A stretch of 60,900 nucleotides of DNA, filler included, from Sphacelaria rigidula (lineage: Eukaryota): the NCBI GenBank assembly GCA_964200075.2. It is 10 parts of 10 records of this genome, joined end to end, with 100 filler letters (N's around TTAATTAATTAA, not from the genome) between each part and the next. Parts side by side here need not be neighbours in the genome. Positions count along the whole stretch, not along the records: positions 24,401 to 30,400 come from CAXNAA020022902.1; positions 30,501 to 36,500 come from CAXNAA020022903.1; 8 more parts are not named here. The stretch is one strand, 5' to 3'. Position numbers and translations under genes: made by a program. Numbering within the stretch: the stretch's first letter is position 1; every line of letters starts with the position of its first letter. This document shows positions 24,401 through 35,807 of the stretch, one piece after another. The notes under the pieces are model-generated. The model was given only the letters and a program-made list of their open reading frames with translations, had not been told where the DNA came from and ran no database searches.

Positions 24401-27400
24401 CGCATCCCTTTCGAGACGGAGCATCGTTTCTACTCCTAGTAGGGACACCTTTAACATTCCGGCGCTCATTATGTTCCTTCCATACAGTACCTTATCCCCG
24501 TCCTGTTTCGCCGTCTCTGGTCACCATTTATCTCCTAGTAGAGCCATCGTTTTCTCCCTACTGTCTAATGCATCAAACGATTTCATGCCATCGTTGTTCA
24601 CGCCCGCATTCACCGCTCTAGCACTTCCCGTTCCTCCCTGCATAGTTCACATTCTGCAACTATATGACTTCTGCTCCCTATTGCTTTGCCACATGGGCAA
24701 TTTTGCCCATCTGCTTCCTCCTCCTTTCGAGGACTGGTACATCTCTTCCTTCTTTCTGGCAGGTCTAGGTCCCCCACCCGAAGTAGCAATTTCATATTTT
24801 TCGCAGCATCCATTGGGCCATGCAGGTATGTTTTTATCCCGATCCCCTCTCTCAACCACCCGTAAATCTTCAGGTGTTCTTCCTCGTCTACCTTGCGGCT
24901 GAGCGCGCCTTTTCCCTTCATTTCGATCATATCTCTTACTTTTGTCTTGTACCCCGCGCCTTCATCTATGGACAGTATTTCGTCTTGGTTTCCGCCTGTC
25001 TCTCTCCATACTGTCTCGACTTCTTTATCCCACCTTACTCCAGCGTGCCCTTTCGTACTTTTCTTACATACAGCCCCATCAACCATAGCTGGCAATCTCT
25101 TCCTCTGCATGTTCTCTAGGCAATGTTGCCATCGCAATTTCTTCATGTCTCTGCTTGTTTCAAGTGAGTACGTTCCCAACTCTGCTCTCAATGCTGGATT
25201 ATTCGTCGTTTTCGAGCATCCAAGTATTTTCTTAGCTGCTGCCATCTATATTGTTTCTAACTAACTCACCAATTTCACGTCCCCCTCCCGTACTTCTTCT
25301 GCATATTCCAGCTTTGATACGATCACGTTCATCAGAATACATCTCTTGATCCTAGTGCCTAGGTGCGAGTCTCTGAGGATCACGCCCATCCTGCCTATTT
25401 GTGCCTTACCCTTTCCTATTACTTTGTTCATGTCTGCGTACGAAAAACAGTTTTTGGAGATCTTTACGCCAAGATATGTATACTGGTCTACGATCGGCAA
25501 TTCTTCTTCTCCCCACTTCCACTTGAACTCCACAGGATTTTCTTATCTTCGTTACAGACGAGTACCGCGCATTTGTGAACATTCGCTGTCACTCTCCATT
25601 ACCTAGTGTATTCTAGCGCCTTGTCTATCTGTCTGTAATCCTTCTGCTGTTTCTGAAACCCCCACGAAATCATCTGCGAACATCAAACCTGATATGACAT
25701 CTTCACCCGCCTTGACTCCTTGATTTGTTGCTTTTATTGCTAGTATCAAGCCATTAATAAATACCTTGAACAAAGTGGGTGATATTGTATACCCTTGTGC
25801 AACTCCTTGTAAGATATCAAAACATTTCGATAATTCCCTGTCTAGCATTATGGCACTTTTGGCACATCCTGCCATCTTTTTTACCATTCTCCACATCTTT
25901 TCTCTGATCCCAGTTTCCCACAACTTTTTCCACAACACTTTTCTCCATACTGTGCCATAAGCCTTCGCACGTCCAGAAAGAAACAGTTGCCCGGCGTCTT
26001 CCTACCTTGAATAATGTTACTTACTGTGTACACATGATTTACGCAACTACGGTTTGGTCTGAATCCTGCTCGTCCCTCGCTGAGTTTCTCTCCTTTTTCT
26101 AGCATCGTTCCTGCTCTCTCGCTCAGAATGTTATAGAACATTTTCCCTACCGTGCTCGGTAGCGTTATCCCTCTTCACTGTCCTGGGTCAGCCCTGTCTC
26201 CTTTTTTTGGAAAGATTGACGACTACTCCTTCTCCTTCTCTCCATCTCTTTGGTGTGCACTCGTTTTCCCATATCCAGTTATACAGCATAATCATCGTAG
26301 CAATCATTCCCTCTTCCCCGTACTTGAGAAATTGACTCGCTATTCCGTCTGCCTTGCTGCTTCTCTGTTCTCGAGTTTAGCTAGGCACTCCTTTACTTCC
26401 CAAACTACCATTTTTTCCTGCTGTACCATCTTTTTTACTTCCTTTCGAGCTTCAGAATACTCCTCCCATCCTGCCGTAGTTTTACTCGATATCCATTTCG
26501 CGTGGGCCTCTCTACTTAATCTGATGGACTCTTTTACTTGCTCATCCCACCAGTTTACTGCTCTGTTGCATACTATCAGTCTCCTTCCTATGACTTTACT
26601 CACTGTATTCTTGACCACCTGCTCTCATCCTTCTACGATCTTTGCTCCTGCCCGATTTCTTTCCATTTCAGTATCAACTGTTCCTACGCGTTCCAACAAC
26701 TCGGAAAATTTGACTGCATTATTAGCCATCTCTTCTTCGAACTCTTGCCGTCTTTCTTCCATGTCTAGTTTATCGATCCTCCATTTGTACAACTTCCTAC
26801 CCCGCCTATTTCTTTCAGGTTTCGTCAGTTAGCTTTCTATCCATGTTGACCCTTGGACCGCGAGGTTAGTCTCTCTGGATCATGCATACCTTTTCTTCAC
26901 TTGAAATTGATGCCGATTCAACAGAAGACTAACCTCGTGATCTAAGGGTTAAGCAATGATCTGTGGTTCCCACGTCCTCCGCGCGTACATGCACTTCCAT
27001 TTCTTCACTATTTCCATGCTTCACCACTATTTAGTCAAGAACGGAGCGTTCTATATTGTTTTTGCATTTTCTAGTCCACGTCCATTGCGTCTCTGGCTTT
27101 AGTACTCTATTGTTCAGCATCTTCATCTCGTTCTGCTCGAGGAACTTGAGCATTTCTACTCCATTCGTGTTTCTTCTTATCTTCCCCGTATTGGCCAATG
27201 GTATCATCCGGTTGATGTGCTCTTCCTACCCTTGCATTAAAATCTCCTACTAACATTACTTCTCCTTGCCTTTTATACTCGTGGACATCTGTTGCTATCT
27301 TTCCAAACCTCCGTTGTATATCGCTCACTCTACTCTTCGATTCTGGGGACATGTAGATATTACCCACGAAGAAGGTCCTTCGTTCCCCGCTCTCCTGGTA

Positions 27401-28300
27401 CCCTTGGCCATATGTGCTCGTCGAATTTCGTGTTGTCCATCACTGCTATACTGTCACACAGATATTCCTTGACTAAGAATCCTACTCCCCCCTCCCTCCT
27501 GCTCTTGGATTTCTGTCCCTTTCGCTTTTCTCCTATCCATGCGTACTTTTCAGCTTTGCATCCTATTCCCGCCCCCTCTTTCTCCGATGACTCTTGAATT
27601 TCTACTGTATCTAGGCCGTGCTTACTCACTTGTTGCGCTATCTCTCCTCTTTTGCGCTTGTCTATGACGAACCCACACACGTTCCACGATCCTACTCTTG
27701 ACTTCATTTCCGAATCATTTTCTGCTCTCGTGTTGTCCACTTTTCTCTCTCCGTCACTTCACTTCTACTTTCCCTTGCTTGGTTGTTCTTCCCGTTTCTG
27801 TGTTGGCCTCTATCTATTAACGTCGGGTCGCTATGTCTCCCCCCCTTCCCCTTCCGGGCACTCACCCGTTCTTGCTTCCCTCCCCCTCCGTTTACCCGAG
27901 GACTACGTCCTAGGTCTGTTGTTCCATTAGCTATGCATACCGTCCACCCTATTCTTCAAACCCATGCCGACACCATAATTGTCTCTATCCTTTCCCACTC
28001 CTTGCTCACGCTCTGTTTTAGCGTGACTCGGAAGTGTTCTCCCTCCTTTTCTACGTTTCCTCTTGCCAAACAGTATAGTCCAACTCCGTTGCATTTCGTT
28101 TTAATTTCTCATCTTGTCATATCGCTACGAACTCCGAATACCAGCACTACTAGTACTTTACCCGTCCACTCTATACTTCTCCATCCGTCCTTCCTTACCG
28201 TCTCTCTCTCGATATCTTTCGAGAGAACCTCCAGCTCAATCGTTTCGAGTGTATGGGTGGGATGTAGTCAACGTACTGGTACATCCCAATCCTAGTACTT
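24401..28300 (-). mobile_element. Non-LTR retrotransposon (LINE) with APE endonuclease, reverse transcriptase and C-terminal CCHC; frameshifted; probable ORF1 relic at about 27900-28300
   Basis: APE motifs VGSWNVCG, EIQES, GGVGFLVKE and VMLVGDFNARVG. RT motifs AGFRPNRSC, QGVAQGYTISPTLFKVFI, GLMFADDFVG and YTYLGV. Also ALRAELG and CPCGKAIGSRSHIVAEC. Split over many frames. Confidence 0.93.
26850..26948. mobile_element. 99-bp piggyBac-type MITE inserted in the LINE
   Basis: 23-bp TIRs CCCTTGGACCGCGAGGTTAGTCT / AGACTAACCTCGTGATCTAAGGG (3 mismatches), flanked by TTGA and TTAA. Absent from the homologous LINE site near 42060-42075. Confidence 0.85.
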
Positions 28301-28976
28301 GATTGATTCATGAGTGGATGGATTGACTACTTGTCACACATGACCTGCTCCTCTAGGAAACCTAGCCGTGCTCACAAGGCGATACAGGAAGTACCCGTTG
28401 AAAATAAACTCGATCGACAGGAGAAAAAGGTGAAAAAAACAACAACTAAACGAGACAAACACATAGTCAACAAAGAGCGAACCGTAAAGGAACGGCAGGT
28501 CAAGAACTAGAACCGGTCCCGAGAACAGTCCCAACAGGGCCCTGCCAAAGGCTTCGAGTAGAAGGAGGGTCGTACACACGATAAAAACCACGACAAGTTC
28601 AGGCGGCCGCGAAAAGTTGGCGGAGTACATAACAATAGTAACTTCAGTACAGCCACTACAAATGCAAGCGAGAGAACACGTTAAAAAAACAACACTGACA
28701 CTGAAACGTCTTATCACAGAGAAAAGAAGAGAAAAAAAATAATCTGCTTTGAGATGAGATAACTCTTTGTGTGAGGAGGGAGCCCCAGGGCTTCTCCATT
28801 TTTTTTTTTCATATTTCCGTTTCTTCTCTCCGCCAAAGAGCGCGGCGCCACAGCTGGGGAAGCCACACGGAGACAAGGAACAGCTAGCCTCTCCCATTCT
28901 GTCTATCTACCGTGCCTGCCTCCGTCAACCTGTACTTATACATCTCTTTCAGTTATGGTTCTTGATATATTTCACA

Positions 28977-29919
28977 CCCTGGACAATACAATATGTAATA
29001 TATATTGCCCGCTCAATACATCGACGCGTCGGGTGGTCAACATATATTGGGCGAGCAATATGATGCCACGAGAGAGGGTCAATATATGTTGTGCCATCAA
29101 TATATCAAGGCTCGCGACATGCAATATATATCGACCGAACAATATATCACGACACGCGCCACCTCAATATATATTGGCCGAGTAATATGTTGGTGCGAGA
29201 AGGCATATATATGTATATATATATTTGTCGAGTCATATCTTTGCTGCCACCCGAGGTCAAAATATATTGATGATTCAATATACTCGACACCTGAAGCGCC
29301 AATATATATTGCCGCCCAAATATGTCGTGCGTCAATGCGTCCAATATATGTTGGGCGGACAATACACGAGGGAACCGACGGTCACAATACGTGTTGGTGT
29401 AGCAAAATATATTGATTTTCAACATAGATTGGAAACTGTATTGGAATTAGTATGGTGCACAGTTCTTTGTTCGCGGGCGCCATTCAAAGACGTATTTTAC
29501 ATGCCGAAAATGCTCAATGTGTTCCTCCGCAAGCGTGTTCAATATATATTGGCTGCACAATAGCTATCCGATCAGCGTGCGCAATATATATGGGAAAAAC
29601 AATACTTTTGCATGATGTGCGTTCAATATATACTATGGTAACAATATGCTACGCATCGCCTCGACTCGATATATATTGACACTTCAATACATACACGGCC
29701 GGCATGCACAATATACATTGAATGTTTTACTCTCGGAGCAACTGCATGTCCAATATATATTGACATACATTACTTCATGATCATGACACGAGCAATATAT
29801 GCTGTTGCTTCAATATCTCCGAGGACATCTCAACACAATATATATTGAAAGGATAATATTTGCGCTGGCTCCCATACAAAGTATTGGTATCATATTAGAA
29901 CATATTATATTGTCCCGGG
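28977..29919. mobile_element. TIR-bounded non-coding element carrying a 42-bp-phased internal array
   Basis: TIRs CCCTGGACAATACAATATG / CATATTATATTGTCCCGGG. About 18 units of CAATATATATTG-N6-CAATAT-N18 in two blocks (28996-29420 and 29540-29875). Confidence 0.75.
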
Positions 29920-30269
29920 TATAAGCAACACAGCCCCGGTGACCACAGGGGTACCAAAAGGCGCATATCGACCCGCGTTTCCTGTCGTCGTGATGTTCAG
30001 CCAAGATACTTACATTACATGCTGGAAAGGGGATGGGCGGCCCCGCACCGGTGACCAGATGGGTATCAGGAGGCATATATACCGGGTCGCTTCTTCTGCC
30101 ACCATATTTTCTAACCAGTATATATATATATATATATATCAAACGCATCCGACAACTTTCCGGAGTAATGCACGCGAACTTCTGCGGCTCCCTCTAAAGC
30201 TTTTCCCAATCTACACGGGCTCCGGCATCCATCGCGTCTGAATCTCTCCTAGAGCGTACACGATACTTA

Positions 30270-30400
30270 TAATATCTAATGTATATATTGACCGGCCAAT
30301 GCGTCGTCACCCACGCAGACCCAATATATATATATATTGACCGGTCAATATGTTCTCATCAATGCGACCCTAATATATATCGGTCGAGCAATATGCTGTC
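30270..30400. repeat. Further units of the CAATATATATTG-N6-CAATAT array, cut by the piece boundary
   Basis: Three units: ..tatatattg accggc caatgc..; caatatatatatatattg accggt caatat..; taatatatatcg gtcgag caatat. Confidence 0.75.
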
Positions 30401-30530
30401 NNNNNNNNNNNNNNNNNNNNNNNNNNNNNNNNNNNNNNNNNNNNTTAATTAATTAANNNNNNNNNNNNNNNNNNNNNNNNNNNNNNNNNNNNNNNNNNNN
30501 GTTGGTGTTGGGGGGCGCGGGTGGGGGCGG

Positions 30531-30589
<59 letters not shown>

Positions 30590-30617
30590 CGGATTGGGTC
30601 GGATCGGATCGGAGCAG

Positions 30618-30746
30618 TCTTCCGCGGATGGCAAAAAGTTGCAGGACAGAGAGCGTAACCGGCTTCAGGCACGCAAGTCCCGGAATCTCAAGAAAAAATG
30701 CACGGAACAGCTTCAAAACCAGCTGCAGAAGCTGGAGCAGGAAGTG
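30618..30746 (+). CDS. bZIP transcription factor exon (basic region and start of the leucine zipper)
   Basis: cag|TCT...GTG|gtgcgt. KKLQDRERNRLQARKSRNLKKKCTEQLQNQLQKLEQEV fits N-x7-R-x9-L-x6-L exactly. Confidence 0.75.
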
Positions 30747-31655
30747 GTGCGTATACGGTGGAGGACCCGCTGTAGTGCAGCTGGTGCTCACCCCCCCCCC
30801 CCCCCCCCGGTAACCGCACTTTGGCGGCATCCTGAAACTGCACGAGTGTAATGCACTGACACGAAAATAACACTGCGAGTTGGACTCGCGACAAGGGATG
30901 TTGACCGCAAGAGGGTGAGGTATCGGCCGCACCACCGCGCCTCTGTGTTCAGAGTGGTACGTCAGGGACCAGTTGAAGAGGGTAAGTCGGAGTTGGGCTA
31001 CATTCTATTCATGGTTGACACATTTCGCACCCATCGCTAACCCTTACCCCCAAATTAAGGCATATCGAGAACCCTTGGGCAAGGGAGGTGCATAGGGATT
31101 CCCTAGGCAAAGTGTTGCGTTGGTAGACCTCAAATCTCGCCTAAAAATGGCGCCGATTTAGGCTAAAACGCGTTCTCTGCACCCCAGGAGCACACGGGAC
31201 TGTCAAGCCCCACTAAAGATCCGATTCTCGTTGTTCACACAGGATCAAGTAATCCAACTTTCCAGTCCAACTCCGGTTAATTCTACTGGACCAGTCTGAC
31301 AGGTGTAGTGCGCGTTTTGAATCTCGACGATAGGTGTGATTATCACCTCTAGATGACCCGACCCGCTGACTAACTGCCTGGGCCCGTCAACCCCGGAACT
31401 GTCATTCATCAATCCCCAGTCGGGCTGTGGTCATACTCTTAGCTTAGGGCGCGCACGCCACACCCCTTGTCTCCCAGTCTGGTCCTCGTCCCAAGCTATG
31501 CATCCGGAAGACTTTTGAACTCTTGAGTGAAAATCTAAAACCTACGTGCCCTCCCTTCCTTTTTTTTTTCTCACTCTGGTTTCCGTCGTTTAATCCTTTT
31601 GAGCCCTTGAGGAAAAGCCCAAGGAGCAATCGCATGTATACATATATGCAAATAT

Positions 31656-32194
31656 CCAAGGTTCTGTTCTGTAAGGTACGGGTACATTTTGTAGGGTATG
31701 GGATTCCTTACAGCACTAACAGAACTGTCGGGTACCGGATGGAAGTCTTCCCGAGTTTACAGAACTTGTCGGGTACGGTATGGGAGGCTTACAGGAAGCC
31801 GGTACCAGCAATCGGGTAACTCTTTTAGGGCATACCCGCCCCTCGGGTTAGGGTACAGTTTTTGAACAGAACTTACCGAGCTGTCGGGTAAGGGTATGGG
31901 AGGTTTACAGAACTCACAGAAACTGTCGGGTAGGATATGGAGGTTGCTCCAAAAACCGTACTCGTAACCGGGTATCTTATCAAGAGCATACCCGTGTTCC
32001 CCGGTAACGGTACGAGAGGCTTACAGAACTCACCGAACTATCGGGTTCGGGTATTAGGGTCTTACAGAGATTACCGGACTGTCGGGTACCGGGGTGGAAA
32101 TCTTGTAGAGTTTACAGCACTATCGGGTACGGTGAATACCCGGCAAAATACCCCGGTTATATAGAAAACCGTACCATACAAAACACGACCTTGG
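31656..32194. mobile_element. 539-bp TIR element (MITE) built of TTACAGAACT / TGTCGGGTA subrepeats
   Basis: Left end CCAAGGTTCTGTTCTGTAAGGTACGG; reverse complement of the right end CCAAGGTCGTGTTTTGTATGGTACGG. The internal motif recurs many times, with a further fragment at 32610-32642. Confidence 0.75.
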
Positions 32195-33079
32195 TATTTT
32201 CATCACCCCTGTGGTGGGACCTACGTCGCTACAACCACCATCAACGTTGATGGCGTGCGTCTTGCTACTTGATCCTCTGGTGGCGCAGATGAACCACCCC
32301 CGTTCGAGCCACCACTCGAGTCTGGGTGTGGTCCATCCTGACGGTCTGCAGGGCTGCTCATGTTTCGTGTTTCCACTCAGCGGTACCTCGTATCCCGTCA
32401 GATCCCAACTAAAGAACCGTTCAACGATGAATAATTGTTGGTGTGCAGTTTTGAATGAAGGAGTTGGGTGAGTTGATCGATGGAAGGTACATGTTCAGGT
32501 CATAAGGTTGTGTTTGGATTGAACCTATATCCGTACCTCCCCAAGGTATATACCTGTCTTCATACCTGCAATCGGGTATATCTAAAGCGGTATACCCTAA
32601 CCCCAGATAGGGGTATGGAGGCTTACAGAGCTAACAGAACTGGAGATCGCGCGTTTCTCGACACATGAAGCAAGCCGGCCCACGGCACTTGACAGCCCCC
32701 CGCATACACACAAGATCTAGGGGCTCACACTTAGTATTTTGCTGGCGTCGCGTCAGCGGCACGAAAATCCCCTCCCTGAGCAGAAAACGCCTTATTTTGG
32801 TATATTTAGATCATTAGCGAGTCAGCATCACGCGCAAACGCTACAACTAAACGTTGTGACATAGCTTGGGTGTGTGGGAAGCGCACGCGAGAAACCGCAG
32901 TCCAATCCCTCGCTTCGTTGCCGAGTTGTAAGCGGTGCGCGATCGGCACTTTCGGGTTGAGGATCAGTAGCGTCTTTCGAGGTCGAAGATGGCAAATTGA
33001 AAAAAATCGGTGCGCATACTACTTTTCCTCCTGCAAGCGAGTTGTGACAACATGCACTTGGGTTGCGTGCGCCCCCAGG

Positions 33080-33570
33080 CGCTGCTTTGTTCTGAGCGGC
33101 TGTGCACGAAGGGCAAATTCGCCTTTCAACGGCGAGTATCCTTTGAAGCGTCGAATTACAGAGGGAGAGTTGTCAGAAAAAGGACAAAACTGGCGGCTGC
33201 TTCACGTCAGGGCTCCAGTGCAGAAGCCAAGGCGTCGAGAGTGATTTTAGTACGAGTATGTGCGTTACATCTGCTGGTGACCGCGGTCATGTATTAAGTA
33301 ACTGTCTGTAAGTACTATTATATTAATGGTATCGAATGAGATGCAAACTATGCAGTGTTTGAGAAGCTTCGTTTTTCACTTTGTGGCATGCCACCAGGTG
33401 CTGCTGCTGCTGCATTGTTCTGTACGGCTGTGCACGAAGGGCAAATTCGCCTTTCAACAGCGAGTACCCTTCATGTATTGAGTTGCAGAGAATGAGGTCA
33501 CACATGAACTTCGGCTGCTGTGTCTGAGGGTTTCAGCGGAGAAGCCAAGGCGCAAAGAGTGATTTTGATT
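33080..33570. repeat. Diverged direct duplication of about 165 bp
   Basis: cggctgtgcacgaagggcaaattcgcctttcaac...gaagccaaggcg..agagtgatttt occurs at about 33097-33248 and 33425-33566. Confidence 0.8.
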
Positions 33571-34392
33571 TCAGATTGCGCACCATGTATGGCTAGGTCG
33601 ACAGGGCCACGATGTTTCAAGTGACTGCCTGTACACATATTCGTACATACTGAAAATAGCGAGAAAATGGCGTTGAAGATGTTGATCTGGACAGAGAGAA
33701 CCACACCGTGCCCAAGCGACTGACAAGATGGGATTGCTTGCGCTCATGCCATGACCCTGACCCCATGTGGCCCATGAGAAATTCACTCTCCAATCCCGCA
33801 GTCATAGCTGTGTGTAGGACATGCAGCGCGTAGCCAATCCGCACAGCATGAACCACTTGATCGCCAACATCATCAGCATCGTTCTCAGTAGCTTTCTGAT
33901 GCGCGACGCTGGTGCTCATGATGTCCAAATTTCCGTACTTTCTCGTTCTAGCACCATGTCAGGCACGCGTTTCACTGCAGTTACGTTGGCGTGTAGCGGC
34001 CACAACAGCTGCTGTTCGTGCTCTTTTTTTGTTATCTCGCAATGACGGTAAACGTGGGGTGGCAGCTCGGGGGCGTGTGCTTCCCGACTGGTACAGACAG
34101 AGGAGGGACACTATTAGCTAGTGCAACAAGATCGTCCATCTACTGATGCGGAGCGAGCTTTCCGGAGGAACAAAATCACCTCAACACCGACCACTCCCAG
34201 GCTTGAATAAATGTACTAGAAACATATTTCATTGTTTTTAGTCAAATTGTCATTTGTAGGTGACGCGTGTATTTTTCATTGATATGATTCGTTGGATTAC
34301 GGACCACTTCTAGCGCATGTAGCGTTCAGCTTGCACTTTCCATGAATATAGTACCAAAAATCGGCCTGCATTCCTACCCATAACAGTTGTAA

Positions 34393-34745
34393 TGTGTGTG
34401 TGTTGTCGTCCCATCTATTCTGGACGCCAGGCTACACCTTTCGGTATATGTGGGTGCATCAGCCGGGGTCACACGGGAAGAAGATCAACACGAGAGCTTT
34501 TTATTTTTTATTTGCTTTTTGTACCCCACCTTCCTTCTGCGGTGCTTACCTTTGTTTTTTCCATCGCGAGAGCATTCCCTTTCCCTCGTCGACCGTTGAG
34601 TCGAATTCTGTGTACCTACGACATGGTCGCTCTCCACTGTTGGGCATGGTGTGAGAGAAAGTTTCAGACCGCTCCGAGATTTGAACCCACGATCCAACCG
34701 TCAGAAGGTTTCTAGGTTACCCACTGAGCCACCGGGGCGGCCGGC
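34393..34745 (-). mobile_element. tRNA-derived SINE, full length
   Basis: Minus strand: gccggccgccccggTGGCTCAGTGGgtaacctagaaacCTTCTGAcggttggatcgtgGGTTCAAATCtcgg (A box, TCT anticodon-like loop, B box), ending gggacgacaac(ac)n. Confidence 0.88.
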
Positions 34746-34756
34746 CTCGGCAAGGT

Positions 34757-34822
34757 TGGCCAGGGAATCGAACCCACGACTTCATCTTCATGAGGATGAT
34801 CAGTTATCCGCTGAGCCACACA
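34757..34822 (-). pseudogene. tRNA-like relic with a CAT anticodon-like loop, directly upstream of the SINE
   Basis: gtgTGGCTCAGCGGataactgatcatcCTCATGAagatgaagtcgtgGGTTCGATTCCc. A and B boxes and the T arm are present, but the D and acceptor stems do not pair. Confidence 0.55.
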
Positions 34823-34864
34823 TGATAGTCGTTATTTAATAGACAGGAAATATGCTGCGTGAAG

Positions 34865-35130
34865 TACAGGCCTATTGCAACTATTGCACGCCTTGGAAAA
34901 AACATGATCAATAGTTGCAATAGACGAGAAATGTACCGGGGAATTATGGGCCTATTGCGCTGTACTTAACGCAGTACATTTTTTGTCTATTGCAACTATT
35001 GACCATGTATTGTTCAACTGTGTGAACGATAGTCAGCCAACAACAGTCGCAATAGGTATGTACTCGGCGCAGTACATTTCTTGTCTGTTGCAACTATTGA
35101 CCAAATGTTGTCCAAGGCGTGAAATAGATG
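34865..35130. repeat. Palindromic MITE-like repeat with CTATTGCAACTATTG motifs
   Basis: 34880-34935 is the reverse complement of about 35072-35127, with a third partial copy at 34974-35005. Confidence 0.7.
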
Positions 35131-35214
35131 TACACGTGGAGAACGTGACAGAAACGCTCGCCGAAGAGGAAGAAAAATGTGAGTGGGGGAAAATGTAACA
35201 AAAGGAACCAACAA

Positions 35215-35588
35215 CTGTTTGTGTGTTTGTTGGCATCTCATTTGTTCTGGACGCCAGCGTAGAACTTTCGGTATATGTGGAGCGCATAACCCGGGGTCAC
35301 GCAGGAGGAGGGTCAACACATTTTTTCTTGTTTCTAGTCCTCCACCTCGTCTCCTTCTGCGGTGCTTGCCGTTCACTTTTCGTCTCGAGGAGGGTTCAAC
35401 TGTCTCTTTTCCTCGTCGACCGCGAAGCGAATTTTTTGTATGATGACGATAATAGTCGCTCTCCAGTGTCGGGCATGATTTAAGAAAATAATCCACAGAT
35501 TGTGTGACTTCACCAAGGTTCGAATCCACGCTCCAACCGTCAGAAGGATTCGAGGGGAAGAAAAAAGTGAGCCACCGGGGCGACCGGT
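35215..35588 (-). mobile_element. Diverged copy of the tRNA-derived SINE
   Basis: Aligns along its length with 34393-34745 (ttctggacgccag, ccggggtcacg, cctcgtcgacc, ccaaccgtcagaagg, gagccaccggggcgaccgg). Confidence 0.82.
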
Positions 35589-35715
35589 CAATTGAGAGCA
35601 TGTAAGCGAGACAAACTAATCAAGAACGAACAAAAAGTTAATCCCGACCTGAACTTCTTTCCGTCCTCCATACGGACAAAAGTCTACCCGCTTTGCCGTA
35701 ACAATCTGTTCTCGA

Positions 35716-35807
35716 CGCTCAGACCGCGTTGCGGGTAGTCCATCTGCGTCATGCATACTTTTACAACTGAAATTGATGCCGGTTCAACAACCCTCGCGGT
35801 CAAGAGG
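35716..35807. mobile_element. Degenerate relative of the 99-bp piggyBac-type MITE
   Basis: Shares catgcatac..tgaaattgatgccg.ttcaaca with 26881-26923 and ends cgcggtcaagagg|TTAA. Confidence 0.6.

Noticed and set aside
29005..29415. 14-aa QYILxxQY repeat protein encoded by the 42-bp array
   Set aside because: 43-bp units and an AT expansion break the frame, the conserved part is a DNA palindrome, and the array sits inside TIRs.
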